Shown in pieces: positions 6,423 to 14,052 of a DNA stretch of 20,359 nucleotides; position 1 is the stretch's first letter, and every line of letters starts with the position of its first letter. This DNA is from an uncultured virus (IMG/VR IMGVR_UViG_3300031555_006012). Taxonomy: Duplodnaviria > Heunggongvirae > Uroviricota > Caudoviricetes. The DNA is taken from IMG/VR virus record IMGVR_UViG_3300031555_006012; one strand, 5' to 3'. The position numbers were made by a program, and so were the translations under genes. The notes below the pieces were generated by a model that did no database searches, was not told where the DNA came from, and worked only from the letters and a program-made list of their open reading frames with translations.

Positions 6423-7205
6423 TTAGAACGGGAGTTCGTCGATGTTCATATAGCTATCGATGGCGGACCGTACATTTGCGGTAAGAATAGGATGCTTGCT
6501 GGAATCTGCCGCTGCGGCATAGAGGTCGGCCAGCGGCTGGTTGTAGGGGCTTTCCTCTTCCCAGGTGGAGTGACACACAATGGACACATTCCAGCGGCGA
6601 TCCACCATATACAGCTCATATTCATATTCCGCATCATTCCCTTTGTCGTCCATTTCGGTGGGGACAATGACTTTCATCAGGTAAAGGAACTGATCGCCGA
6701 AGGGGAGAATGTAGCCATCGTCGCAGACACTGACGCTCTCCTCTTCTCTGAACAGAGAGCAGTATCCGACGAAGGACTGCTCTTCAGGATAGCCGCCCAT
6801 ACCCGGTACGAGCTTGCTTTGCCAAGAGAAAAGCGGATGATTGGGATTCCCGTTGTCGTCAGCTCGGACACGCTTCAGCTTGGCATAGGTTTCCCGCTGC
6901 CAGATCTCGATGTTGTCAGAGGTCTTTTCGATCAGCTTAGAGATAAAATCGACCATGTATTTTTCGCCCGGGGTAAGGACTTCAAAATCGTGGTGGAGCA
7001 AGGCGTCAAGCGAGACCCCCAGCATATCAGCGACAGCTACCAGCATTTCGATGCTGGGAGATGTTTTGGTGTCGGCCTTATTCAGCCTGGAAATATAGCC
7101 AGCACTCACACCTGCTGCGTTTTCCAGATCGCCTATTTTGACATTCTTTTTCTTAGCCAGGTAATAAATATTGGAAAGGCACAGCCTTTTGTTGAACTCT
7201 TTCAT
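6423..7205 (-). CDS. XRE-family HTH regulator with a large unassigned C-terminal domain (candidate repressor)
   Basis: Start ATG 7205 (AAGGAGG RBS). KIGDLENAAGVSAGYISRL...PSIEMLVAVADMLGVSLDALL is an HTH_XRE. 260 aa. Confidence 0.85.
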   Translation of the reverse strand: MKEFNKRLCLSNIYYLAKKKNVKIGDLENAAGVSAGYISRLNKADTKTSPSIEMLVAVADMLGVSLDALLHHDFEVLTPGEKYMVDFISKLIEKTSDNIEIWQRETYAKLKRVRADDNGNPNHPLFSWQSKLVPGMGGYPEEQSFVGYCSLFREEESVSVCDDGYILPFGDQFLYLMKVIVPTEMDDKGNDAEYEYELYMVDRRWNVSIVCHSTWEEESPYNQPLADLYAAAADSSKHPILTANVRSAIDSYMNIDELPF

Positions 7206-7229
7206 GGGGAATCCCTCCTTTGTGACAAT

Positions 7230-7258
7230 ATGGTACACCATTTTGAATAAAATGTCAA
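7230..7258 (-). promoter_or_regulatory. SigmaA promoter of the XRE gene
   Basis: TTGACA-17 bp-TACCAT. Palindromes ATGGT-AC-ACCAT (7230-7241) and TGTAAATTTACA (7268-7279) overlap or flank it. Confidence 0.65.
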
Positions 7259-7356
7259 TAAGAAAAATGTAAATTTACAAATGGTTCAAAGAAGCAAGTC
7301 GAAATTGAAGGATTTTTCTATTTTGGTGTCGGAACTGGTCGAAAGTTCAAAATTCT

Positions 7357-8415
7357 TCAACTGAACTGGGACAACCATTCTAGGAACTGTTCCGTTGATT
7401 TCGTGCCTTGGGCGAGTTCTTGCCGCCATTCTTTTATGCCAGAAGTGAGGTCGGAGAACCTATCCCACGCTTCCTTATTGCCGGGATGGCGTTGCGTTTT
7501 CATTTTGTACCGCATGTAGGTCTTTCGGTATTCACGCGTGACAATGTCGGATTTTTCCTTATTGGCTCTTGCCGCCTGGGCTCCGACCTCGCGACAGGTC
7601 TTGGATTTGTTTTGAGGTGACGGATATCCACAATACACTGTATCACTGCGTCCGTCTGGCACAAAGATGTACTCGCAATTCGGGCATTTTTTAAAGTTAG
7701 CTTCGTGGTTGATGCTATTGGCCATTTCAAACAGAAGCAAGGAAATGGAGGACTTCAGTGTGTACATGGATTCAAACCCAGACTCTGTTACGACAATTCG
7801 GAAGTCGATATGCTGCATCTGCATGAAGGTGCTGTAGAACTGGCCGAAGTTTGACAGGATATTTTCTCGGGTTTCATTTTCCTCGCCGTAATAGCCGACG
7901 ATCTGATAGAACACCAGCTTGACGGTAGAGTAGACATCGGCGAAATGCAGATACGCAGACAGCATCAGCTGAAGGTTTGTCTCTCTGCCGACTTCGGAAT
8001 AAGGTGTATCTTTGAAAATATACTCCTTTACAGCATCCGGCTCATCTCTCTGGAACATAGCAACATATTCATTTTCATCGCCCTGTCGGATTGCCTGGAA
8101 CCACTCCGAGACTGTTGTCATGAATTCTACCAGGACCATTATGGCTATGACAGGGTCATACCTAGCAAACAGCTTTTCTTGGAAAGCCATCATGGTCTCC
8201 AGAAGAGTGTCAGGCGTTGCTTCGTCATCCAGTCCGGGGCAGTCAAGGATAACCTCTTTAAGTTCTGTAGGTGCAAGGCGGCAATACTCGCAGATAAGGC
8301 CTCCAACGGGATATTCCTTCAAAATCCCATCACCTACAAGGGTGTAGCTTTTGTTGTTGTTATAAAAGACAGACAGACCGTAGTCCATCATGGGCAGATC
8401 ATCTTGTGTTATCAA
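7357..8415 (-). CDS. DUF6076-like protein with C-terminal Cys (zinc-finger-like) motif
   Basis: 352 aa, TTG start with AAAGGAG RBS. KKCPNCEYIF...YC...KTCREVGA followed by a basic helical tail. Confidence 0.75.
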   Translation of the reverse strand: MITQDDLPMMDYGLSVFYNNNKSYTLVGDGILKEYPVGGLICEYCRLAPTELKEVILDCPGLDDEATPDTLLETMMAFQEKLFARYDPVIAIMVLVEFMTTVSEWFQAIRQGDENEYVAMFQRDEPDAVKEYIFKDTPYSEVGRETNLQLMLSAYLHFADVYSTVKLVFYQIVGYYGEENETRENILSNFGQFYSTFMQMQHIDFRIVVTESGFESMYTLKSSISLLLFEMANSINHEANFKKCPNCEYIFVPDGRSDTVYCGYPSPQNKSKTCREVGAQAARANKEKSDIVTREYRKTYMRYKMKTQRHPGNKEAWDRFSDLTSGIKEWRQELAQGTKSTEQFLEWLSQFS

Positions 8416-8482
8416 TTTATATTCTCCTTTCCTAAGCGCAAACTGTTAACATTGGTTACGGACACAATCGATTGATAACACG

Positions 8483-8511
8483 ATTATATGTGTAAAGCTG
8501 TAACTATGCAA
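8483..8511 (-). promoter_or_regulatory. SigmaA promoter flanked by ATTGATAACA repeats
   Basis: TTGCAT-17 bp-TATAAT. ATCGATTGATAACA at 8467-8480 and 8530-8543; inverted partial copy at 8407-8416. Confidence 0.65.
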
Positions 8512-8552
8512 CAAGGGAATAAGAAAATTATCGATTGATAACAGATGGAGGG

Positions 8553-9794
8553 CTATTGGTACATTAGACCGGGCATTTTGACTTGGTGCCGCCCATCGTC
8601 TGGCATTTTCAGGTCCCCGAGCAGCGAGCCGTAGGTCAGCGCATGTTTTCCGAACCGACCACGAAGTTCCTCAACAGTGTCCTGCAAGCGCTCTCGGCGA
8701 TCCATTTTCTGCGCATCAACGAAAAGTGAGAGCTGATCAGGTGAATTTTGGGGAACCAGGTCAATGGCCCTTACTGTGACAGCTCTGACCTTACTTCCCC
8801 AATGATACTTAGACTGAAAAATGCGGGAGGCGGCTCCGGCAATTTCAGAGGGAAGCTGTGTGGCAAACGGTAGCTTACACTGGAACTGAGATCCAAGGAG
8901 GTCGTTGCCACGGACGGCCACCTGAACGCCCCGAGCAGAAAGTTCATGGATACGCAGGCGATGTCCTATGTCTTGGCTGAGAGCCAGGATGACTTTGTGT
9001 ACTTCCTCCTCATCGACCAGATCGGCAACACAGGTGATTCCATGGCCGACGCTCTTTACCGGGGATACGAAATCCTTGTGCATAACCCGGGAGGTGTCGG
9101 TTCCATTGGCATAGCGCCACAGAGCAAGGCCGTTCACTCCGAACCATCTCTTGAGCAGTGCCGGGTCAGTGGCAGCAAGTTCTCCAATCGTGTGAATGCC
9201 GTATTTTGCCAGCTTCGCAGTGGTTGCTCGGCCACAATAAATCATTTCACTTGCATCCAAGGGCCAGACCTTCTCCATAAAATCCTCCCGACGAATCTGT
9301 GTGATCGCGTCGGGCTTTTTCATGTCTGAGCCCAGCTTCGCGAAAATTTTGTTGAAGGACACACCGATGCTTACGGTCAAGCCAAGCTCGTCACGCACAG
9401 AAGAGCGGATATTCTCTGCGATGGTCATGGCATCCCCATAAATGCCCTGGCTCCCGGTAACATCCATCCAGCACTCATCCATTCCGAAAGGCTCGACCTG
9501 GTCGGTGTAGCGGTGGTAGATGGACTGCGTCAGTTTGGAGTATTTCAGGTACTGGTCGTACTGGGGTGGTACGACGATCAGATTCTTGCACAATTGCCGT
9601 GCTTCCCAATTCACCATCCCCGTTTTAACGCCAGCCTTTTTAGCGAGGTCCGATTTGGCAAGCACGATGCCGTGCCGATCCTCAGTAGATCCGCACACAG
9701 CAACAGCCTTTCCCTTGAGGGACGGATCGAGCATCATCTCGACCGAGGCATAGAAGGAATTCAAATCACTGTGTAAAATTGCTCTATCTTCCAA
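8553..9794 (-). CDS. dinB: Y-family DNA polymerase (Pol IV/DinB-like)
   Basis: 413 aa. ILHSDLNSFYASVE, AKKAGVKTGM, GMDECWMD, SIGVSFNKIFAKLGSDMKKPD motifs. TTG start with GAGGTG RBS. Confidence 0.93.
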   Translation of the reverse strand: MEDRAILHSDLNSFYASVEMMLDPSLKGKAVAVCGSTEDRHGIVLAKSDLAKKAGVKTGMVNWEARQLCKNLIVVPPQYDQYLKYSKLTQSIYHRYTDQVEPFGMDECWMDVTGSQGIYGDAMTIAENIRSSVRDELGLTVSIGVSFNKIFAKLGSDMKKPDAITQIRREDFMEKVWPLDASEMIYCGRATTAKLAKYGIHTIGELAATDPALLKRWFGVNGLALWRYANGTDTSRVMHKDFVSPVKSVGHGITCVADLVDEEEVHKVILALSQDIGHRLRIHELSARGVQVAVRGNDLLGSQFQCKLPFATQLPSEIAGAASRIFQSKYHWGSKVRAVTVRAIDLVPQNSPDQLSLFVDAQKMDRRERLQDTVEELRGRFGKHALTYGSLLGDLKMPDDGRHQVKMPGLMYQ

Positions 9795-9834
9795 ACTTCA
9801 CACCTCATTTCAACAAAAACTTCGCAAATTGCTA

Positions 9835-9863
9835 TTGACAACGAGATGTTTGGAAGATATAAT
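9835..9863 (+). promoter_or_regulatory. Consensus sigmaA promoter for the XRE-ImmA operon
   Basis: TTGACA-17 bp-TATAAT. Confidence 0.85.
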
Positions 9864-9904
9864 CAGGTTGTAACTTCCCATAAACTTCTCGTCGTTACAG
9901 CCGG

Positions 9905-9933
9905 ATGATAACAAACCCGAGAAGTTTTGTCAA
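9905..9933 (-). promoter_or_regulatory. SigmaA promoter for dinB
   Basis: TTGACA-17 bp-TATCAT with extended TG, facing the plus-strand promoter. Confidence 0.8.
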
Positions 9934-9990
9934 TAGGATTTGCGAAGTTTGAGAAGTTACGAGTGTAAATTTCTGCGGAGGAGATTAGAT

Positions 9991-10416
9991 ATGACTTTTT
10001 CCGACAAGATTAAAAGATCCCGTGAAGTTGTGGGTCTGACTCAGGATGAACTGGCCGCGTTGGTTGGCGTATCCCGCCGCACTGTTACGGCCTATGAATG
10101 CACGAACGCGGTTGCTAGACGCTCCACAATCGTAAAACTGGCCCGAGCGCTGAAGGTCTCTGTAAGATACCTCACTGACGAGGCATGCACCGATCCTCTG
10201 GCTGACATTGAAAAGGATGATCATGTAGAAGAAGCCAGACGGTTATACGGTGCCAGCGGTGCAAGGGATGTTGAAGCCCTGCTGCACGAGAATGCTGCCC
10301 TGTTCGCGGGTGGCGAGCTGTCCCAGGATGAGAAGGATGCATTCTTTGAAGCTATCACCCAGGCTTACTTTGCCAGTAAGAGCGAAGCAAAGCGGAAGTT
10401 TGGCCACAAAGAATAA
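9991..10416 (+). CDS. XRE-family HTH repressor (ImmR-like)
   Basis: Start ATG 9991 (GGAGGAG RBS). GLTQDELAALVGVSRRTVTAYE HTH, directly upstream of an ImmA-like peptidase. Confidence 0.9.
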   Translation: MTFSDKIKRSREVVGLTQDELAALVGVSRRTVTAYECTNAVARRSTIVKLARALKVSVRYLTDEACTDPLADIEKDDHVEEARRLYGASGARDVEALLHENAALFAGGELSQDEKDAFFEAITQAYFASKSEAKRKFGHKE

Positions 10417-10489
10417 CAGTCCGTTTTATAGGACACAAGAGTTGATAGACTTGTCATACTGGAGAGACTCTTCAAAGGAGGGTTGAATT

Positions 10490-11044
10490 GTGACATACAA
10501 TGCTATATGCGAGTCGGTCGAACGGCTGAAAAAGAAGTACGGTGAGACCGATCCATTTCGATTGTGCAAGGCAATGGGGATCCTACTGCTGTTCCAGCCA
10601 ATGGGAAAGCATGATACCGCCATTAAAGGCTTTTTTATGAAGTGTAAGCGTGTACGGTCTATTACCGTAAATAGCGACCTGCCGGAGATAATCCAGAAAA
10701 TTATTGTGGCCCATGAGCTTGGACACGCGACGCTGCATGAAGGCAGTGGGGTCCATGCTTTTCACGAAGTGGCCCTGTTCGACCAGGCTTCCGATCTGGA
10801 GCGCGAGGCGAATCTTTTCGCGGCAGAGTACCTGTTGGAAGATGAAGAGGTCCTGGATGTCCTGAACCGTGACACGACATTCTTCAGCGCTGCTGCGCTT
10901 CTTCGGGTCCCCATGGAAATGCTGGATTTCAAATTCCGACTGATGAAATGGAAAGGCTACAAGCTGATGGAGCCTCCGATCCGCGCTCGGGGTGACTTCA
11001 TGCGGAACATGGAGGTGCCGGATGATGCAGACTACTATTCCTAA
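10490..11044 (+). CDS. ImmA/IrrE-family metallo-endopeptidase (antirepressor)
   Basis: 184 aa. AHELGH zinc motif and EREANLFAAEYL. GTG start with AAGGAGG RBS. Confidence 0.92.
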   Translation: MTYNAICESVERLKKKYGETDPFRLCKAMGILLLFQPMGKHDTAIKGFFMKCKRVRSITVNSDLPEIIQKIIVAHELGHATLHEGSGVHAFHEVALFDQASDLEREANLFAAEYLLEDEEVLDVLNRDTTFFSAAALLRVPMEMLDFKFRLMKWKGYKLMEPPIRARGDFMRNMEVPDDADYYS

Positions 11045-11312
11045 GCCCATCAAGGTCTATGTCGGTGTTGAGGCTGACTTCGGCTCCGATGGCGTTATGA
11101 TGCCCAAAGCGATAATTTGGGAAGATGGTAGCCGTTTTGAGGTTGATCGGGTGCTGGATATCCGCCCCGCCGCAGCGCAGAAAGCTGGTGGCCAGGGCGA
11201 CCGCTATACACTGCGGATCAATGGCCAGACGACCTATGTATTTTTTGAACGCAGTACAAACCTTTCCGGGAATGTAATCGGGCGCTGGTTCGCTGAACGC
11301 CGAGTTTCGTGA
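11022..11312 (+). CDS. Small conserved protein typically associated with clostridial DinB genes (DUF6504-like)
   Basis: GGAGG RBS, overlaps the immA stop. PKAIIWEDGSRFEVDRVLD...KAGGQGDRY...WFAE pattern recognised from memory. Confidence 0.75.
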   Translation: MMQTTIPKPIKVYVGVEADFGSDGVMMPKAIIWEDGSRFEVDRVLDIRPAAAQKAGGQGDRYTLRINGQTTYVFFERSTNLSGNVIGRWFAERRVS

Positions 11313-11345
11313 CTTATCATCTTAGAGGAAGGGAGCAGGGTCGCT

Positions 11346-11720
11346 GTGATAACTTGGGACGAATTGGTCTACAACTTGACCGAGCTGTGTAAGCTCGAAA
11401 ATGGTGGTGGAGCCGAAATCGAATTTGAATACGCCGGGGCCGAGTACATTATCATCTGTTACAAAGACTGGTGTTCGTTAGCCGCCATAAAAGATAACGG
11501 CGGCAATCAGCCAGGACCAGAGAAAAAATACGGCTCCCTTGATGAACTGGGTGCAGCACAAGACTTTGGTTTCCGGCTGCACGATGTTTGGGATCAGGTA
11601 CAGTACCTGGAATGTAGGCCTGATTTTGATAGCTTCTATTTGCAAGAAATCCTGGATGCCTACAGGGAGGCTTGGAATGAGCGCAACCGGGGAAGAGCGT
11701 CGCAGAATGGGGTGAAATAA
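11346..11720 (+). CDS. Hypothetical acidic protein
   Basis: 124 aa, GTG start after a purine-rich SD, co-oriented with short spacers. Confidence 0.7.
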   Translation: MITWDELVYNLTELCKLENGGGAEIEFEYAGAEYIIICYKDWCSLAAIKDNGGNQPGPEKKYGSLDELGAAQDFGFRLHDVWDQVQYLECRPDFDSFYLQEILDAYREAWNERNRGRASQNGVK

Positions 11721-11723
11721 AGG

Positions 11724-12695
11724 ATGGCAACGCTAAAGTCATATGGACGAGAAGTCCGTAGTGTTTTCCAACTCCTTGGCGACAAGGAAAATGACATCAC
11801 TAGTAGTATATGCTGGGCGCTTGTCAAATGTCCTCAATTTTTAAGAGAAGTTGTAAAAAAAGTGTGTGGTGTTGACGCCGATCCTGAAAAGGTCACCATT
11901 TTAAATCAGCAGTACGATGCAGCCACAGGTATTACCGACATTGAAGTGACGGACGATCAATCCTTCCATATCATTTTTGAGGCAAAGAGAGGATGGCTGT
12001 TACCTGGTGCAGAGCAGTTGACAAAGTATTCAACCCGAGAGGATTTTGTGAGGAAGCCAGTGGCGCATAAGCACATTGTTTCTTTGTCCGAATGCACACA
12101 GAACTATGCGAATCTATATTTGCCGTTCCATGAAGTGAACGGTATCCCGGTATCCCATCTTTCATTGGCTGAAGTGTACCACATGGCGAAGGCTGCAAGG
12201 CCAGTATCTAACCATGAGCAGAAGCATCTGCTCGACGAATTTACCGAGTACCTGGGAGGCGTTATGACAATGCAAAATAAAACATCCAATTGGGTATATG
12301 TTGTGGCGCTGAGCCATGGCCATTATGAGGGTTGTGATTTGTCTTGGATTGACATTGTCAAGACACATAATAAGTATTTCTGCCCGGTTGGTGGAAATGG
12401 CTGGCCTAAGGAGCCACCCAATTACATAGCTTTCCGATATGATGGTCGCTTACAAGCGATCCACCATATTGAAGGATATACCGTTACGCGTAACATCCAC
12501 GAACAGATCCCGGAAATGCCCGACGAAGAATGGTCGGAGAACCATTTCGTTTATTCTCTGGGTCCGGCAATCGTACCAAGTAAAACGGTAAAGACGGGTA
12601 ATATTTACAGAAGTGGGCGCGTATGGGCTATGTTGGACACGCTTCTGACATGTGACACAATCAGTGAAGCCCGTGATCTCAGCTATAGCCGATAA
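11724..12695 (+). CDS. PD-(D/E)XK nuclease-domain protein with separate C-terminal domain
   Basis: 323 aa. KENDIT...ITDIEV...IIFEAK...EQLTKY matches the PD-(D/E)XK core. Aromatic-rich C-terminal domain from about residue 181. Confidence 0.7.
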   Translation: MATLKSYGREVRSVFQLLGDKENDITSSICWALVKCPQFLREVVKKVCGVDADPEKVTILNQQYDAATGITDIEVTDDQSFHIIFEAKRGWLLPGAEQLTKYSTREDFVRKPVAHKHIVSLSECTQNYANLYLPFHEVNGIPVSHLSLAEVYHMAKAARPVSNHEQKHLLDEFTEYLGGVMTMQNKTSNWVYVVALSHGHYEGCDLSWIDIVKTHNKYFCPVGGNGWPKEPPNYIAFRYDGRLQAIHHIEGYTVTRNIHEQIPEMPDEEWSENHFVYSLGPAIVPSKTVKTGNIYRSGRVWAMLDTLLTCDTISEARDLSYSR

Positions 12696-12709
12696 GGAAA
12701 GGGCCTACC

Positions 12710-12886
12710 ATGAAACAGATTAGCAATAAGGAATACGAGGAATATCAGAAGTACCTACACGACAAAAATAACGGACGCATTCTTACCCCGGAGGCGCTCC
12801 GTGTAATTTGTGCGGGGTTGGGTAACAATCCTGAGAAAATTGGCCAGCACCTCCTGGAGGTCCTCCATAAGTTTGACCAGCAATAA
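12710..12886 (+). CDS. Small hypothetical protein, 58 aa (not in the ORF track)
   Basis: MKQISNKEYEEYQKYLHDKNNGRILTPEALRVICAGLGNNPEKIGQHLLEVLHKFDQQ. AAGGAAAGGG upstream; ends just before the hairpin. Confidence 0.7.
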   Translation: MKQISNKEYEEYQKYLHDKNNGRILTPEALRVICAGLGNNPEKIGQHLLEVLHKFDQQ

Positions 12887-12891
12887 GAAAT

Positions 12892-12928
12892 AACGCCTGA
12901 TAACGGGATGAGTCCGTTATCAGGCGTT
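12892..12928. terminator. Hairpin between convergent genes (probable terminator)
   Basis: AACGCCTGATAACGG / CCGTTATCAGGCGTT, perfect 15-bp stem. Confidence 0.8.
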
Positions 12929-12933
12929 CGGGA

Positions 12934-13248
12934 TTATATCATGTCGAGGAATGTGTTTACTTTCTTCAGCCCTGTTTCGTCCAATTCCCTCATGCGATTG
13001 CAGGTGTTGCAAAACAAGGAACCGTCTGTATCAAGTGGTGCGAAAAATTCAGCGGGAGTCATACCAAAGTATGCGATAATGTTGAATAGCTCCCGGAGAG
13101 AGGGCAGCGCGATACCACAGGTTATGCTACGGATATAGGAGCCGCTCTTATCAAGGTCGTGGCTCATTTTATGCTCGGATACATTCTTAGCAATCCGCAG
13201 CTCAGTGATCCGGCTCCGAATAAAGTCTTCCCATTGTTTGTCGGCCAT
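12934..13248 (-). CDS. XRE-family HTH transcriptional regulator
   Basis: RITELRIAKNVSEHKMSHDLDKSGSYIRSI...PSLRELFNIIAYFGMTPAEFF. ATG 13248 is best spaced from GGAGG. Confidence 0.85.
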   Translation of the reverse strand: MADKQWEDFIRSRITELRIAKNVSEHKMSHDLDKSGSYIRSITCGIALPSLRELFNIIAYFGMTPAEFFAPLDTDGSLFCNTCNRMRELDETGLKKVNTFLDMI

Positions 13249-13430
13249 TTTCATCCCTCCCTTATTCTATTATTTTAATATGAAACAAATAGGAGGGTTC
13301 GTAATATAAATATTAACTTCTGCTTCAAAATAGCTAAAATTGATGATACAATTATGAAAATCGGAGATCCGTTGATATTTGTATTATTAATTGCGGAGAA
13401 TCGATTATTACGGAATGGTTGGTGACTTGC

Positions 13431-13922
13431 ATGGCTACTGAAGCAGAGATGAGACAGCATCGTTGTTGCTTTACCGGGCATAGACCCCAGAAGCTGACAC
13501 GACCTGCTTGGCTTGTTAAAATGGTTCTGGAGAAGGAAATTAAGCGGGCGATAAGTGACGGCTATACTGTGTTTATTACTGGCATGGCCCAGGGCGTGGA
13601 CATTTGGGCAGCTCAGATTGTATTAAAGCTCCGTGATAAAGGTGAACCGATCAAACTGATATGCGCCAGCCCGTTTGAGGGCTTTGAGGAGCGCTGGGAT
13701 ATGAAGTGGCAGACCCAATACCGGGAAATCCTTGCTGCTGCGGACTTGGTTCGGTACATCTGCCCCAGTTACAGCAAAGCCTGTTTCCAGATTCGCAATG
13801 AATGGATGGTAAACCATTCGGCGCGGGTGATTGCCGTTTTCAATAATACCCCGAGTGGCACTTTTAATACGATCGAATATGCGATTGCACAGGGTGTGCA
13901 GGTGGAGTTCATAAAGGGTTAG
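13431..13922 (+). CDS. SLOG superfamily protein (YspA/DUF1273-like)
   Basis: CCFTGHRP, FITGMAQGVDIWAA, RNEWMVNHS and SGTFNTIEYA motifs. Confidence 0.88.
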   Translation: MATEAEMRQHRCCFTGHRPQKLTRPAWLVKMVLEKEIKRAISDGYTVFITGMAQGVDIWAAQIVLKLRDKGEPIKLICASPFEGFEERWDMKWQTQYREILAAADLVRYICPSYSKACFQIRNEWMVNHSARVIAVFNNTPSGTFNTIEYAIAQGVQVEFIKG

Positions 13923-14052
13923 CAAGAAAAAAGTTGTGATTTCAGGAGTGATTATTGTTTTTTCTCGACTCATATGTTATCATATATATTGAATTTTTGT
14001 ACCCGATCGTGGGGTTAGATTTATATTTCGGTCTCAAAAGAGGTGAATCGCG

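Larger units (their letters stand above)
9817..9950. repeat. Near-perfect inverted repeat (24/23 bp) containing both -35 boxes
   Basis: AAACTTCGCAAATTGCTATTGACA (9817-9840) versus the reverse complement of 9928-9950, AAACTTCGCAAATCCTATTGACA. Confidence 0.85.

Noticed and set aside
6270..7250. 326-aa plus-strand ORF
   Set aside because: Antisense shadow of the XRE gene and paralog A.
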